Below the pieces are notes generated by a model that did no database searches, had not been told where the DNA came from, and saw only the letters and a program-made list of their open reading frames with translations. Below are positions 1-12,800 of a DNA stretch of 64,000 nucleotides, piece after piece. The position numbers and the translations under genes were made by a program. The DNA comes from Phoronis australis (lineage: Eukaryota; Animalia; Phoronida): positions 506,940 to 570,939 of the forward strand of contig NMRA01000066.1 in NCBI GenBank assembly GCA_002633005.1, in the 5' to 3' direction. Positions within the stretch are counted from its first letter, which is position 1, and the number at the start of each line of letters is the position of its first letter.

Positions 1-2259
1 CACAAAGTTTGGTAAGTTGATCGCTTAAGAATTAATAGAAACACCATTGTTTTGTGAAGTTTTATCACGTGTAAGCAGTGGCCCGAACTTTCTTCGGCGA
101 ATCCGTGAATTTACAAAAGTGGCCGAAAGTGTTAGCCAATGAAACGCGTCAAAGATCGATTCTGCATATCCCATGTTCACGCGACTTGCTTACAAGTCAT
201 CGGGATCGAGGCATGTTCTCGGTTAGGGTTCTTTTGAACTTGTATTTGGCAACAACCAAATAACGGTCGGATTAACAAGAGCTGCTGTGTATTTGCCAGG
301 TATCTGTTTAGAAGTGTAAAAACTCAGCTCGCATTCGTTGGAAATTCCAGGTCGCATTTTGCGACTTTATACGAGCTGACAAAAATCTCAGCTCGCATTT
401 CCAAATTTCAGGTCGCAAATGCGACCTGCAGCTCGTTATGTCGAGCCCTGGGTCTTGAGTGCCTGATATCACTTGATTTTTAGTGTCTTGACCTATTTTA
501 TGCCTGAACACATATACGTAAAAGTCTGATGCAGTGCCTGCTTTAAAAACCATTTTTAGTTCATGTTTTGGAGTTGGACACGCTGTTTTGTTTTTAATAT
601 GGCTAATTAGCATCCCTAATTACACATGATAAAGTCGTACTTATTGGAGTTCAGTGATTGCTTCACCTGAAAGGAACTTGTTTGTTCTAGTTTGAAGTTT
701 GGTAGTTCATATTGACCTGCGTCGCACTTCAAAGTTTGATTTGGTTTTAAAGTGGGGGTGTTGGTTTCCAATGCAGGAAATTTTGCCAAGACTCTGGATT
801 TTGCCACACAAAGGTCATGTTTAAACCAGGGACTACAAATAAATGAAAACCACTTAGCGAGGCCTGGCAAATCTGCCCTCATAAGCAATCAGTGAATTTC
901 ACTCAGTTCAAAATATAAAGAAAATAGGATTATTTTCTTCAGTTAAGAACCTCTAAATTTTAATCAAGATAGAAACAGCTTTTTAAACATGGTCTTCTAC
1001 TAATTATTCATTTGACCATTTCTTCAATGTGAAGTCCACACAGTCCACAGTCTGTAATGGGATTCTTTTGACCCATTTTTCAACTCTGTTCTGATGTTTT
1101 TTCATGGGTGAGTTGATGTTTTGTATCTGTAGCATTCACAGTGATGAAAAGCGAACTTGGCTGTATTATCTCATAGGGAGTGTCCACACTTTGAGTTTTT
1201 GTTTGTGAGATGGTTTCCTGTTACATGTGATTAATAGAGGGAAAAGGTGTGGAAACTTGTGTGACCTTAATATGTTGTTGCTTTTGCGATTAGTTTGTGT
1301 GAACATGATGGTTAGTCATTTTAATTGTGTCTTAGTTGAAAATATAACTCACAGCTTAGGACTTAAGTTTAATGAAGTGTATCAGTTGGTGTTACATTGC
1401 ATGATTTACATAATATGCTAATTATGTAATGTATAATGTTATATCTTTTAGTGCTGCCATGGTTACCAATGTCATTTTGTGTTACAAACTTTTTTTTCGT
1501 AGTAATTATGAAATTATCTAACCTGAACGAGCTAATTAGTCAGATTTTTGGTTGCAGTTAAAGTTTCGGAGATATATAAATTCTCGAGTGGATATAAATA
1601 AAGACGCCTTGTTTAGAAGGCGTCTGACTGACCTTTTCTTAGTGATAACTTGGATTTTATCACTGGAAGTTCATAAATGTGAAACCTTTGGCACATGTCA
1701 CATATAAGTACAGTAGCTGGACACCTCATATCATGTTTTATGCACCAATAAAAGGTGCTCTAACCTGCCACCCCTATTCTTTGTCTCATGGGCTGATCCA
1801 TTTTGGTATCCTTATTCACAACATGCATATATGTCAACAGAGATTGTGAGGCACAATGACCACATGTCAGTTGACATGAGAAAGTCATGACCAGCAACTT
1901 CATTTCAACTCCTATCTGAGTCATTGTTTTACATGTCTTACAATTCTGAAGGAAGATTCAGAGTGTAACGGACGAAGAAATCAATGCCTGCGACAGATGT
2001 AACCTGCCATATCCGATCATTGATCATATATTGCTAGGCTGTTATTATGCTGGCATTTATCACTTTGAATCTCGGTGGAGCGGAATCGGAATAGTGATTT
2101 AAGTCTTGGGAATGTAATGGTACTGTATTGTTGTCTGCGGTGATTCGCCTTTTCAGGTAGACTGCTACTGTCTAAGCAAAAAAATAGAGAGAGGTGGCAG
2201 TAAAGGTGGTCTTGATTGATCCATTTGTGTCAGCTGTTCAGAATTGTGTCACAAATCAT

Positions 2260-4838
2260 TGGCCGAGGCGTGATCCAGCCATCAAAGACTGAAGAGTTGT
2301 TGATTGCACCGCATGTTTTTTGTTTGATACAGTTTAATTATTTTGAAGCAACGGGCTTGATAGTGTCGCAAGGATCAGGCTATTGTGTTCTGCTGTTGGT
2401 GACTCTTTAGCATGTGAAGAAGAACCTCTGAGTGACTTGGCGGATTTGTGGTTGGCTGCATACTGGATTATGGGAGGCATACCGCCTATGAAGAAGTACC
2501 CACCAGTGATACACAAGTTTATTTCTGGACATTCTGTGGAATGTTGCAATGATAACATGGCACTTCAGGACAAATAAATGCCTAGTTTCTATTGGATAAA
2601 TAAGCACCCGTTTTCATTGGCTCTGGAGCAGCATTGTCCCTCAGATTTTGACCCGAATTTTCCGATTCAGTGGACGATTTATTTTTCCTAAGGTAAATTC
2701 CAGGCTTGTTCAATCGAGCAGAAATGTTGAGTCAGTCCAGTTTCTGTTTCATTGCTTGTCCCAAGTTTAATACATAACAAAATATTTCACACCTCAAGGG
2801 TTCCTTATAACTACATGTTGGGAAGTGAAGGATAGTCAGTGGAAGTTGGTGGAGACTCCTGATCATACTTCCTAAAGTGGATACACAGATTTGTTGGGAT
2901 TATTTTGACACTTTAATGTCAAACCTCTGTTTTGTACACTTTGGTAACTAATTGGGTGTACATTAGCTGTAACCTGCTGTTGGTTTTTGGATTGCCAGCC
3001 TTGGCTGATGTTAAGGAAACCCCATCGTTGCCTTAGAAACCACTGGATTCAGTTTATTACATAACTCACTACCAGAAGGTTAACAAGGTTGAAGACTAAA
3101 CAGGAAAACCTAGTTATTAGTAAGTGGATTTATTAGTTGCCACAGAATCAGCAGGGAAGTATTGACGTATTGTTGCAATACTCTGTGCTGCTGGTTTTCA
3201 TGTATTTCACTGAAGTACAGTAACTAAACCTGGAGGTTAACATTGAGCTCTTGAGCAACACTGATTGAAGCCAGGATTTTCATCAGCTGAGTAATTCAGT
3301 GGCCGCTACGCCAATGAGGATCTGATTAGCTTATGACACATGGTTTTAGGTATATACCATACCTGGATGTTGTCTCACCTTTGCAGAAGCTGGCTGTTAA
3401 TCAGGAATTTTGCATCATGACTGAGACCATGTAGACGTCTGTTACAACGCAATAAGCCAGTGACTAACATTACCAGTGGTGAATGTCCAGACTTACCTTA
3501 TTTATAGGTATTGCCTTGAAACTCTCCCACAAGGTTTCGTTTCGCTTTGNTGGCCGAGGCGTGATCCAGCCATCAAAGACTGAAGAGTTGTTGATTGCAC
3601 CGCATGTTTTTTGTTTGATACAGTTTAATTATTTTGAAGCAACGGGCTTGATAGTGTCGCAAGGATCAGGCTATTGTGTTCTGCTGTTGATGACTCTAGC
3701 ATGTGAGGAAGAACCTCTGAGTGACTTGGCGGATTTGTGGTTGGCTGCATACTGGATTATGGGAGGTATACTAGCTATGAAGAAGTACCCACCAGTGATA
3801 CACAAGTTTATTTCTGGACATTCTGTGGAATGTTGCAATGATAACATGGCACTTCAGGACAAATAAATGCCTAGTTTCTATTGGATAAATAAGCACCCGT
3901 TTTCATTGGCTCTGGAGCAGCATTGTCCCTCAGATTTTGACCCGAATTTTCCGATTCAGTGGACGATTTATTTTTCCTAAGGTAAATTCCAGGCTTGTTC
4001 AATCGAGCAGAAATGTTGAGTCAGTCCAGTTTCTGTTTCATTACTTGTCCCAGGTTTAATACATAACAAAATATTTCACACCTCAAGGGTTCCTTATGAC
4101 TACATGTTGGGAAGTGAAGGATAGTCAGTGGAAGTTGGTGGAGACTCCTGGTCATACTTCCTAAAGTGGATACACAGATTTGTTGGGATTATTTTGACAC
4201 TTTAATGTCAAACCTCTGTTTTGTACACTTTGGTAACTAATTGGGTGTACATTAGCTGTAACCTGCTGTTGGTTTTTGGATTGCCAGCCTTGGCTGATGT
4301 TAAGGAAACCCCATCGTTGCCTTAGAAACCACTGGATTCAGTTTATTACATAACTCACTACCAGAAGGTTAACAAGGTTGAAGACTGAACAGGAAAACCT
4401 AGTTATTAGTAAGTGGATTTATTAGTTGCCACAGAATCAGCAGGGAAGTATTGACGTATTGTTGCAATTCTCTGTGCTGCTGGTTTTCATGTATTTCACT
4501 GATGTAAAGTACCTAAACCTGGAGGTTAACATTGAGCTCTTGAGCAACACTGATTGAAGCCAGGATTTTCATCAGCTGAGTAATTCAGTGGCCGCTACGC
4601 CAATGAGGATCTGATTTGCTTATGCCACATGGTTTTAGGTATACACCATACCTGGATGTTGTCTCACCTTTGCAGAAGCTGGCTGTTAATCAGGAATTTT
4701 GCATCATGACTGAGACCATGTAGACGTCTGTTACAACGCAATAAGCCAGTGACTAACATTACCAGTGGTGAATGTCCAGACTTACCGTATTTATAGGTAT
4801 TGCCTTGAAACTCTCCCACAAGGTTTCGTTTCGCTTTG
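2260..4838. repeat. Near-identical tandem duplication (2260-3549 and 3551-4838) flanking a single N; probable allelic contig overlap
   Basis: Copies differ by scattered substitutions and one 2-bp indel; the junction falls exactly at the N at 3550. Confidence 0.9.
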
Positions 4839-5493
4839 AGTTGATGGATTGAAATTCTGGATGGTATATGTGGTTCGATATCTATGTTATACACAACTAA
4901 AAAGCTTTTCGGAGTGTGTATCAAGACCTGACTGTAATCTTGGAAAAGGTTTTTCTTCTTGGAAACAGTTGAACCAGAAGAAGATGGTTTTGTTCGCAAA
5001 TTGCGGAGTGTTTTGAACTCTTATATTCATTGGTAGTAACCAGCCAACATTCGGCACTGAAACCCTGCGCTGGTATCAGGAAATATATCTCAGCTGGGTA
5101 TTAAGAGGTTCGTTAATTGCATCAGTTATTAAAACATTCATCAGGGGAGCCATCAAGCCTGTAGACAAGCCATCTGGGAATCCCGCTAGAAGCTAACTCA
5201 CTTGAGCACAGTCTGATTTGCAAGAGTCAAACACAGTACAAGAACATTTTATTGCTTTCTGGAATCAACTGAAATTGGATCTTGCGTCCATTGAAGTCCT
5301 TGTGATGTTTTACACTTGAGTGATTTTCAAGTGTTTCAACTTGCAGCCTTCAGCAATTAGACATTGGTGGTGGAGACTATGTGAACATGAGAGTGGGCAG
5401 CCAGTAGCAAGCAATTCCATTACTTCAGGTGCGGTGAGGAGTTATTGGACTAGATGAGCTATTTTTACACCACTCCACACGTATGTAAACTGA

Positions 5494-6865
5494 ATGGCTG
5501 AGAAAAAGGAGTTTAGTTTAGGCCAGCACGTTCCTCGCATACTAGTCAGGCGTCAGATTTCTGCTGGTGCGAGCAGTCATCCCCAGTGCTCACCTGCAAG
5601 CCCGATTTTAAAGGTGAGTTTTAATGGTCAGACATTTGATTTGCCAAGAGATGGAAGTATACATGTGAAAAAATTGCCAAATTCATCTCCTGGGGAAGGC
5701 AGTGTTGTCATGGCATCCAAAGGCTCTTCACATTCTTCGGTTATTCACAATACTGATGGTTCGACGAGAATCCACTTTGAAAACCGTGGGAATAAAATGG
5801 CTACCCCCTTGGTTCGTACAGGAAGTGGAACTAATGTTTCTTATAAGATACCAATCAAACATCATGACAATGAAAAACAGACGGTAACAACTCAACGTCA
5901 AGAGGCTAGCAGTTCTGCTTCCAGTGAAGGATGTCGGGATAGTGGCTATTCTTCAGCCTTTGCTGACTTTGAGAAGATGTTTGAAAAGTTTTCGGATGAT
6001 TCCAAGCAGAGTTATATCTTGACAATATCATCACCCTCGAATTCGCCGCAGTCAACTCGGAAGACAGATGCCGTCAAGAAAGCAACAGGGAAAGGAGGTA
6101 GGTTGTTTTCTGACGATTATTTAGAGGAGGATTGTGGCATGACGCATACGGAGAAGTTGCGAGTGCTGAAAGAGCGATTGCAGAAATTGAAGAGCCAGTT
6201 CCACACGGAATTAGATGGCGAGTCTACTGATGAACCCTCGATAGACTATTGTAAGTACATGCATGATGGTATCGGTGACCTTGAACTTGACCTTGACCTC
6301 AATGAGGGAAGAACTAACTCTAGTGCTTTTGACTGCATTGCTAGTGCATGTGAAGAAAACATTTCGCTCGACAACAGGCGGCGTAACCGTACGCTGCTGA
6401 AGCCTTTCCGTAAGAGCAAATCCGAGGAAGACACATTGTGTTCTCGATTACATGATGATGTTTCGGAGGATATGGCTGATTTCAGCTGGTACCGCACCGC
6501 TCCCCCTGGTAGTATCAAAAACAGCGGAGATAAAGCTTGTGGCAGCGACACATATCATTGCACGGATTTGAAGGCCGATATGATACCGTCAGAACATTCG
6601 GCCGTGCTTGTTCCCGACAAACAAGTGCAGTTTGATAAAGACAAATTTGCCGCGCTCAAAAAGAAGGCTGAACGTCTAAAACTTGATGAACAAGAATTGG
6701 ACGAAATGTTTTTGAACAAATGGTGTGATGATTTACTAACAGCACGAGGTGAACAGACAGATGATGAACCTTATAAATCAAAGGTGTCCACGTCAAAGTT
6801 GAGCTCGTCTCCAGACGAAGATGAGAATTCGAACACAACTGGGTACTTAACAGACTCTTGTGCAG
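5494..6865 (+). CDS. RASSF1: Large first (probably alternative) coding exon of the RASSF gene; Ser/Asp-rich, mostly disordered, with two short coiled-coil-like segments
   Basis: Lies in the 499-codon ORF, with an in-frame TGA just before the ATG. A strong donor GCAG|GTGAGT at 6865/6866 is phase 1, matching the phase-1 acceptor at 26456 and giving ...TDSCA-D-CGYTCH. Linkage to RASSF is inferred from phase and position. Confidence 0.7.
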
Positions 6866-9800
6866 GTGAGTTGCTTTTGCCTTGCCTTAAAAAAGATGGT
6901 CTGCTGCCTGCAAGGTTGTTCATTGGTTGTTGGCTAATATGGTTCTGTTCAATTTTTGCAATGGCATGTAATGAAATGAATATCCCTGAATGAGCGTCAC
7001 AGATGTTGACCAAGAAAATATTTTAAGAATATTCATTTCAGTAAGTTTTACTAATATTTTTGGTTACCTGTAATGTTACGGTTGAACTGTTGTGTTATCA
7101 ATATACCAACTAGCAACTACTGTGCCAAGGCATTGCAGGTGTTGTCGTTGTGCATGTCTTGAAGCAAGCTTGTTATGGGGTTGGAGTCCGAAGCAGTCTA
7201 CAAGCAACTCTTACTTATTGTAAAAGCACAAAAATGTGTGTTCTCTTGACACCATTTAAACTTTGGCGTACAAGGCGGGTCAATTTGAGGGGAATGAAAT
7301 GCAAGCTCTTTCATTTGTGGACATTTTGAGACGTTGATCATTTTTGTTCGATTCATTCGAGTATCCCAGCGAACAATGGTGTTAATTTTGATGGTTTGAA
7401 GTTGGCAAAGAATTTATGGGGCAAACACGATGGGAAATCCTGCGTATGCTGAATACTGTCCCGGCCAACAGCTACACTTCTGCCATTTCATATCATTTGC
7501 ATTGCTGTTCTAGAAAATGGCTGGTCTTAACCTGTATGCGTCAAACTGATTTGAATATCAACTGAAAGCCTGCGTATTGGCTACTTCTGATAGTTTATTG
7601 ATTAATGTGTATCACAGAACTACTAATGAATGTTTTTAAAAAATACATAGCAAGCCCTCACAGTTTGAATATTTTTTGATTTCTAAGATATGTCTGTTGT
7701 TTGGGCACTATTTTTATCCATGGTTCTGTGAAGACTTTGAGTCTGTGTTCAGGCGTCATCTTGGTGCCATAAATCTACAAAATCCACACCTTACTTATCT
7801 GTAGTGACCCAGACCAAATCTGCAACATGTTTAGAGGCAATGGCTGTGTTCACTGGTTCAGGTTTTTGCCCTTTGTGTCTGTAATCAAAAACCATTTGAC
7901 ATCCCATCCAATTGGTTTCCATACCTCTGGGGGTGTTCAACATAAATAAACAATGTGACATGAATAAACAGTGCCTAATGGCTTATGGGGTCATAAAAAA
8001 TGGTGTCCTACCTTCTTGCTACCATTAACTTATGCTGCCTGTAAAGTTTTGTGGTAAGTATGTATAAGTCGTGGAATGGAAGTCTTAGAAAAGTCCTAAG
8101 AGATAAAAAGTCTTGGTTTGTAGCTAAGTATTAGAGAAACATTTTAAGTTTATATTGTTAATTTTAGCTAATTTTTCGAAAATTCAAAATGCTCCCAAAC
8201 CAGACCTTTGGGTGTGCCATCAGTATTTCTGGCACTGTCTTGGAAAACCCTGAAAAGTTTTCAGGGAAGTTTATGGAACCACGTGTAACTTGAAAATTTG
8301 GACCATGTCTTCTGGAAGGCATGAGTTCTGTCATAGGAAACTGCGTTCTGTGTAATGTTAAAGCTGCTATAAATCCGTCTTCTGTTGAATAAAACATTTT
8401 TTTGACTTGGACTACTTAAGAAATGGGTCTTAAGTTGTTCCTTGTCCGAATTTTCTTGGCTTGGAAAGAGCCCAGGGAGAGCAGTCACTCGCACCAAGTT
8501 ACTTGCAAGAAAAGCGTGATCTCGTGAGACTTTGTGGCTGCATAGTCTCGAGCAAAATGAACTGTCAATTCTTTCCAAGTTTAAAATCATTTCTCAGGGT
8601 AAGGAACACATTCAGACCAAACTTATTCCTAGTCATGCAACAGTGTAAGGAGGAGCTCCTATTACAATTTCCTTAAGGAAAATGCCGGTATAAGCCCAAA
8701 ACAGCATGCCATTGTTTTTTCCTTTTCGTGGTAGTTTCTGCAGCCAAAGTCCATCCTCCTCTAAATCTGCTTTTGACTCAAATCATAAGTTTGCCTCTTT
8801 ATCAGAGTGTGGGGTTTTAGCAGCTATAACTATTTGTAAACTTGGCTATGGATAATGGAATCAAAACTTTTAGTAAATTGATTCAGAAGTTGTTCATGTT
8901 TACAGGCATTTTATAATCTTTTGCTACTTAAGTTTTTCTCCAGGAGGAGATGTGGACATCTTAATTTTAAATGGCAAACATCAGTGGTTTGTTTCTTCAG
9001 TGGGATTTGGTTTATAGTAAAGTTAGATAGGTGGTGATAAGCTGCTTTCATAAAATACAGAGGTGATATTTAGATATCCTGGTCCATGTTAAATATTCTC
9101 TGCCTTGTTTTGATTAGGGCAAGAATCTTCAAATTGCTGTTTGTTGACTAAACAGTCCATCAGCATTGTCTGTTTTGAATTGACTGTGACTGACAGCTAG
9201 GTATTCTGCCAGATTACTCAGAGCCAAGTGATATTGTGTAATACACATAGCTTGGATAATCCTGGAGGTCAGGGGTCAAATAGCAGACTTCTTGTGATTT
9301 GGGTGTTGGCTTTGAACTTACAGCAAAGATACTTTGCTCTCAGTGATAGACAAAAGTAATCCGCCAAATATCCTCCCCACCTGTAATGACCAGGGATTCT
9401 GTTGATAGCAAAAATTACTGGTAATAACTGTTATGGTTGAAAACTTCTTATTACGAAACAACTTAATTAATTTTCCTGTTAATTCCCCTTCATTCTCGGT
9501 CATCAGGGGAGACTACTCTTGTGATGAATTCGGCTTCCGGCAAATCATCATTATGGAATTGTGGGTCGTTTTGTCTGAATACATGAGTAGAGGAAAATAC
9601 TGTAGTTGTGTGGTCCACATTGGAGTAATTTTTACCAACATAACTCTGATTTTCTATCACATACCAAGGTTGGACAACATTAGGCACCTGCTGATTCAGC
9701 CAAGTGTAAGCTCTGCCTTTCCTGAATGGCAATTGACTCCTTTATACACAACCTTTCTTTGTAAGCCCTGTTGTTAGATATGGCCTAAAGCTGATTAGAT

Positions 9801-12800
9801 TGACATTGCCTAAATAAATTGAATGATGCTCCTCATGTGGCTTGCCAACCACCTTCAACAGGTCAGTGTATATAAAGTTCACTGCAGTTTTCACAATCAA
9901 TTTTGCAAAGAACGCTTCGTTTTCAATGATATAGGAGATTTTTTGTTTAAAAGTGATTTGAGTGGTGAGGTAAGAAACCTCTCACCCAGTTGTAACTTGT
10001 CCTGTGATAAAGTTTTGTGCTTTAGCTTTTGATGATGGTTTTAGAAATAGTGAGAGGTGCTATGGAGTTTTTAATAAAAACAGCCGTTCTTTGATCTCCC
10101 AAGGAAAAAATATTTTTTAGTTAACACATCGGAATAACATATGTGCCGTTTACACTACAAAAGTTGACTCGTATCAGCTGACACGGAACGAGTTGTCCCA
10201 GCGCAAGTATGTGTGTAAATGTGACTGAACTGGAGCAAATTGACATTGCGGTGACACCCATTTGTGAGGCAGAGCAATTTGCGCTAGAACATCTTGCTCT
10301 ATGTCAATTATGTGTCTAAACGCGAAACTGTGGCAAGACGGAAAGGATCATCTCTACTGCGCTTGTGGAATGACCTAAATACAGGTTCTCTGTCTCTTCA
10401 ACTCCCGTCATTTGTAAACCTGTGCATGTGTGATCCACTCTCCAGCCTACAACATTCGTCTTGCCACAATTAGGAGTTGTGTGTGCAAACTGAGGGACGC
10501 TTGACATCAATCAATTTGCTCCGTGTCAGTTGCGCCAGGCCAAAAGTTGATGTCTAAACGGGACTATAGCCTTCTATCCCCTGCGCATGTGTCCTTTGAA
10601 GTAATTGATCTCACTACAAAGGTGAGGTAGGGAACTTGTTAACAATTTTGGGTTAACTTAAACCGTCAGTAAAGCACCTGGAAAAGTGACTCTTACAACC
10701 ATTCACATACGTAACTTTTTGTTCTTGCTTCTAGTTAAAGAGCCATTTGGTGACCAGGGCCCGGTCTCCAATCTTTTTACTCGAAATGGAACTCGAAATT
10801 AGGTTTGGCATTTTCTACTCTACTTTTGGGCAAAATCAAGATAAGTGTCTATTATTCTATGCTCGAGTACACAATAACTTATGTAGATAATTTATTGCCC
10901 TTAGTTCACAGTTTGTAAACCCAATATTAAAGCAATAAGTTTGAGTTTGAACTCGAAATTTAGAGTTTTTACTCGAGTTTGTAGCACAAATATAAGGGTC
11001 TTCAAGGGCAAACTTGAACTAGAAACTCCTATGCATAAATTATAATGCATTCGAGCACAGTCTGATAACCAATTATCTTAAGTTCGCACAAAAGGAGCAG
11101 AGAAATTGCCAAAAATAGTTTCGAGTTCATTTTGAGTACAAAGATTAGAGACCGGGCCCAGGGTAATGCATGTACATTTTAGCTTGAAAATGCCATCTGT
11201 GTGGTCATTAGGTTTGAACGGCTTTGAAAGAATTAGCACTGCATGGCATTTGTTAAGGTTTAAGTATATAGTGCAATATTCATGGTCCAAAGAAAATTTA
11301 TGGACAGCTCAAGTGCTCTGGGTGAACATTCAAAACCAGGCATACCTTTAAAGTGGTTGTATACCTGTACTCTGTGCAACAAGTCATTTTTTGATTTAGA
11401 CCACTTTCTGATATAAAATTGGTCTCAAGTTGTTCCTTACCCAGATGAATAGTGACTTCTTATAAGGCTTTCTAAATCAAAATTGTGTTTTTAAGAAGGC
11501 GGGTTTATTTCTTTTATAAGCAGTGTGAGAGTACGAAAGCAATTTATGGTGGACCAGACACCAAATTGCGTGTGTTAGTGAGGAAAGTTGACAAAGATGA
11601 AACACAATTTTCTTTCATTAAAAAATACTTTCCAACATTGGATCTTTTTTCCACAAATCATTTGAATAATTCGATGATGGTGAAGCTGTGTAATAATACG
11701 TTGGACAGGACACAGGTGAACTCTGTTTTGCAGTTAATACCTGGACTTCAAATACAGTACTCCATTGCCATTTAGTGAGAAAGGGTACATTTAAATAGAT
11801 CGCATCGCTGCTATATTGAAAGTGACTGTTCCCAGCTCTGCAAACAAGGCTGGAAATTAGTCCTGAAACAAATCAAGTTAGACTTCTAAACCAATAGGGT
11901 AGCTTCAAATGCTACCGCGACTTACAAGATCCTTAAAAAAATCTCGTTTTCTGAACTAGAAGGGTTGTTTTGCTCCCAATGCTTTTCTGACCTTTAGGTA
12001 TCCTTAGTCAAACATGCTGTTCTTATCAAAACAGTTGTAAGAGAGTTCATGGCGTGTATCTAAAAATATGCTTTGTAAACAGTTCTATTTATTGTTCATG
12101 CTACAATACAAGACAAAAGTAATCGGACAAAATGGAGTCATGGTGGCTGATTATTTTAATAGTAAAAATGAGTGCTAATAACTAGTTTGGTTGCAAAACT
12201 CCAATTGCAAAATGGCTTAGAAACTTTGCTAATTTTTCAGTTAGTTGTACCCTTCATTCTCGATCATGAGGGAAGACCTAAGATGACGAGTTGGGTTCTA
12301 CCCACCTGTCATGTCGGGGAATTCTGGGTCATTTTAGCTGGTATCCTCTTGGCTGATGTACTTACTGTATGTGCTTGGAACTAGCCAGACTCTACATCTA
12401 AGACACATTGGAGTTCTTGGATTGCACATTTTTGCATTGTTCACTACACAAGAGCCTGGACTTGCATAGAACTTGATCAGCATTAGTAATGGGATCAAAA
12501 AATGAAATCTTAGACTGAACCTGTGATTTATGTTGAGTGTGGGGAAATTGCAGTACATAGTAAATTGATACTTATTCACGACTGGGGCAAAGGGTTGTTC
12601 TGAAGTGGGCCTAATATTTGGAAATGGAATGTTGCAATGCAGATTAATTTTAGACTTCCTTGTGTGAACAGTGCAAATGGCTAAGATAAATTGACCCACA
12701 TTCTTGGGTTCCTTATGTTTTTTAATTCATATCAAGTTTTATGTTAACTTGGTCAAGATATAAAATCTGAACAGTATTGGACCAAGATATTGTCAAAATC

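Noticed and set aside
2216-3866. Duplicated ORFs (EEPLSDLADLWLAAYW...) suggesting a tandem gene pair
   Set aside because: The copies arise from the N-flanking duplication, a 2-bp indel changes the frame between them, and no protein family is recognisable.
6866-6993. Hydrophobic C-terminal tail of the 499-aa ORF, resembling a transmembrane helix
   Set aside because: It follows a strong donor at 6865/6866 and is probably read-through into T-rich intron sequence. An intron-retained form cannot be fully excluded.
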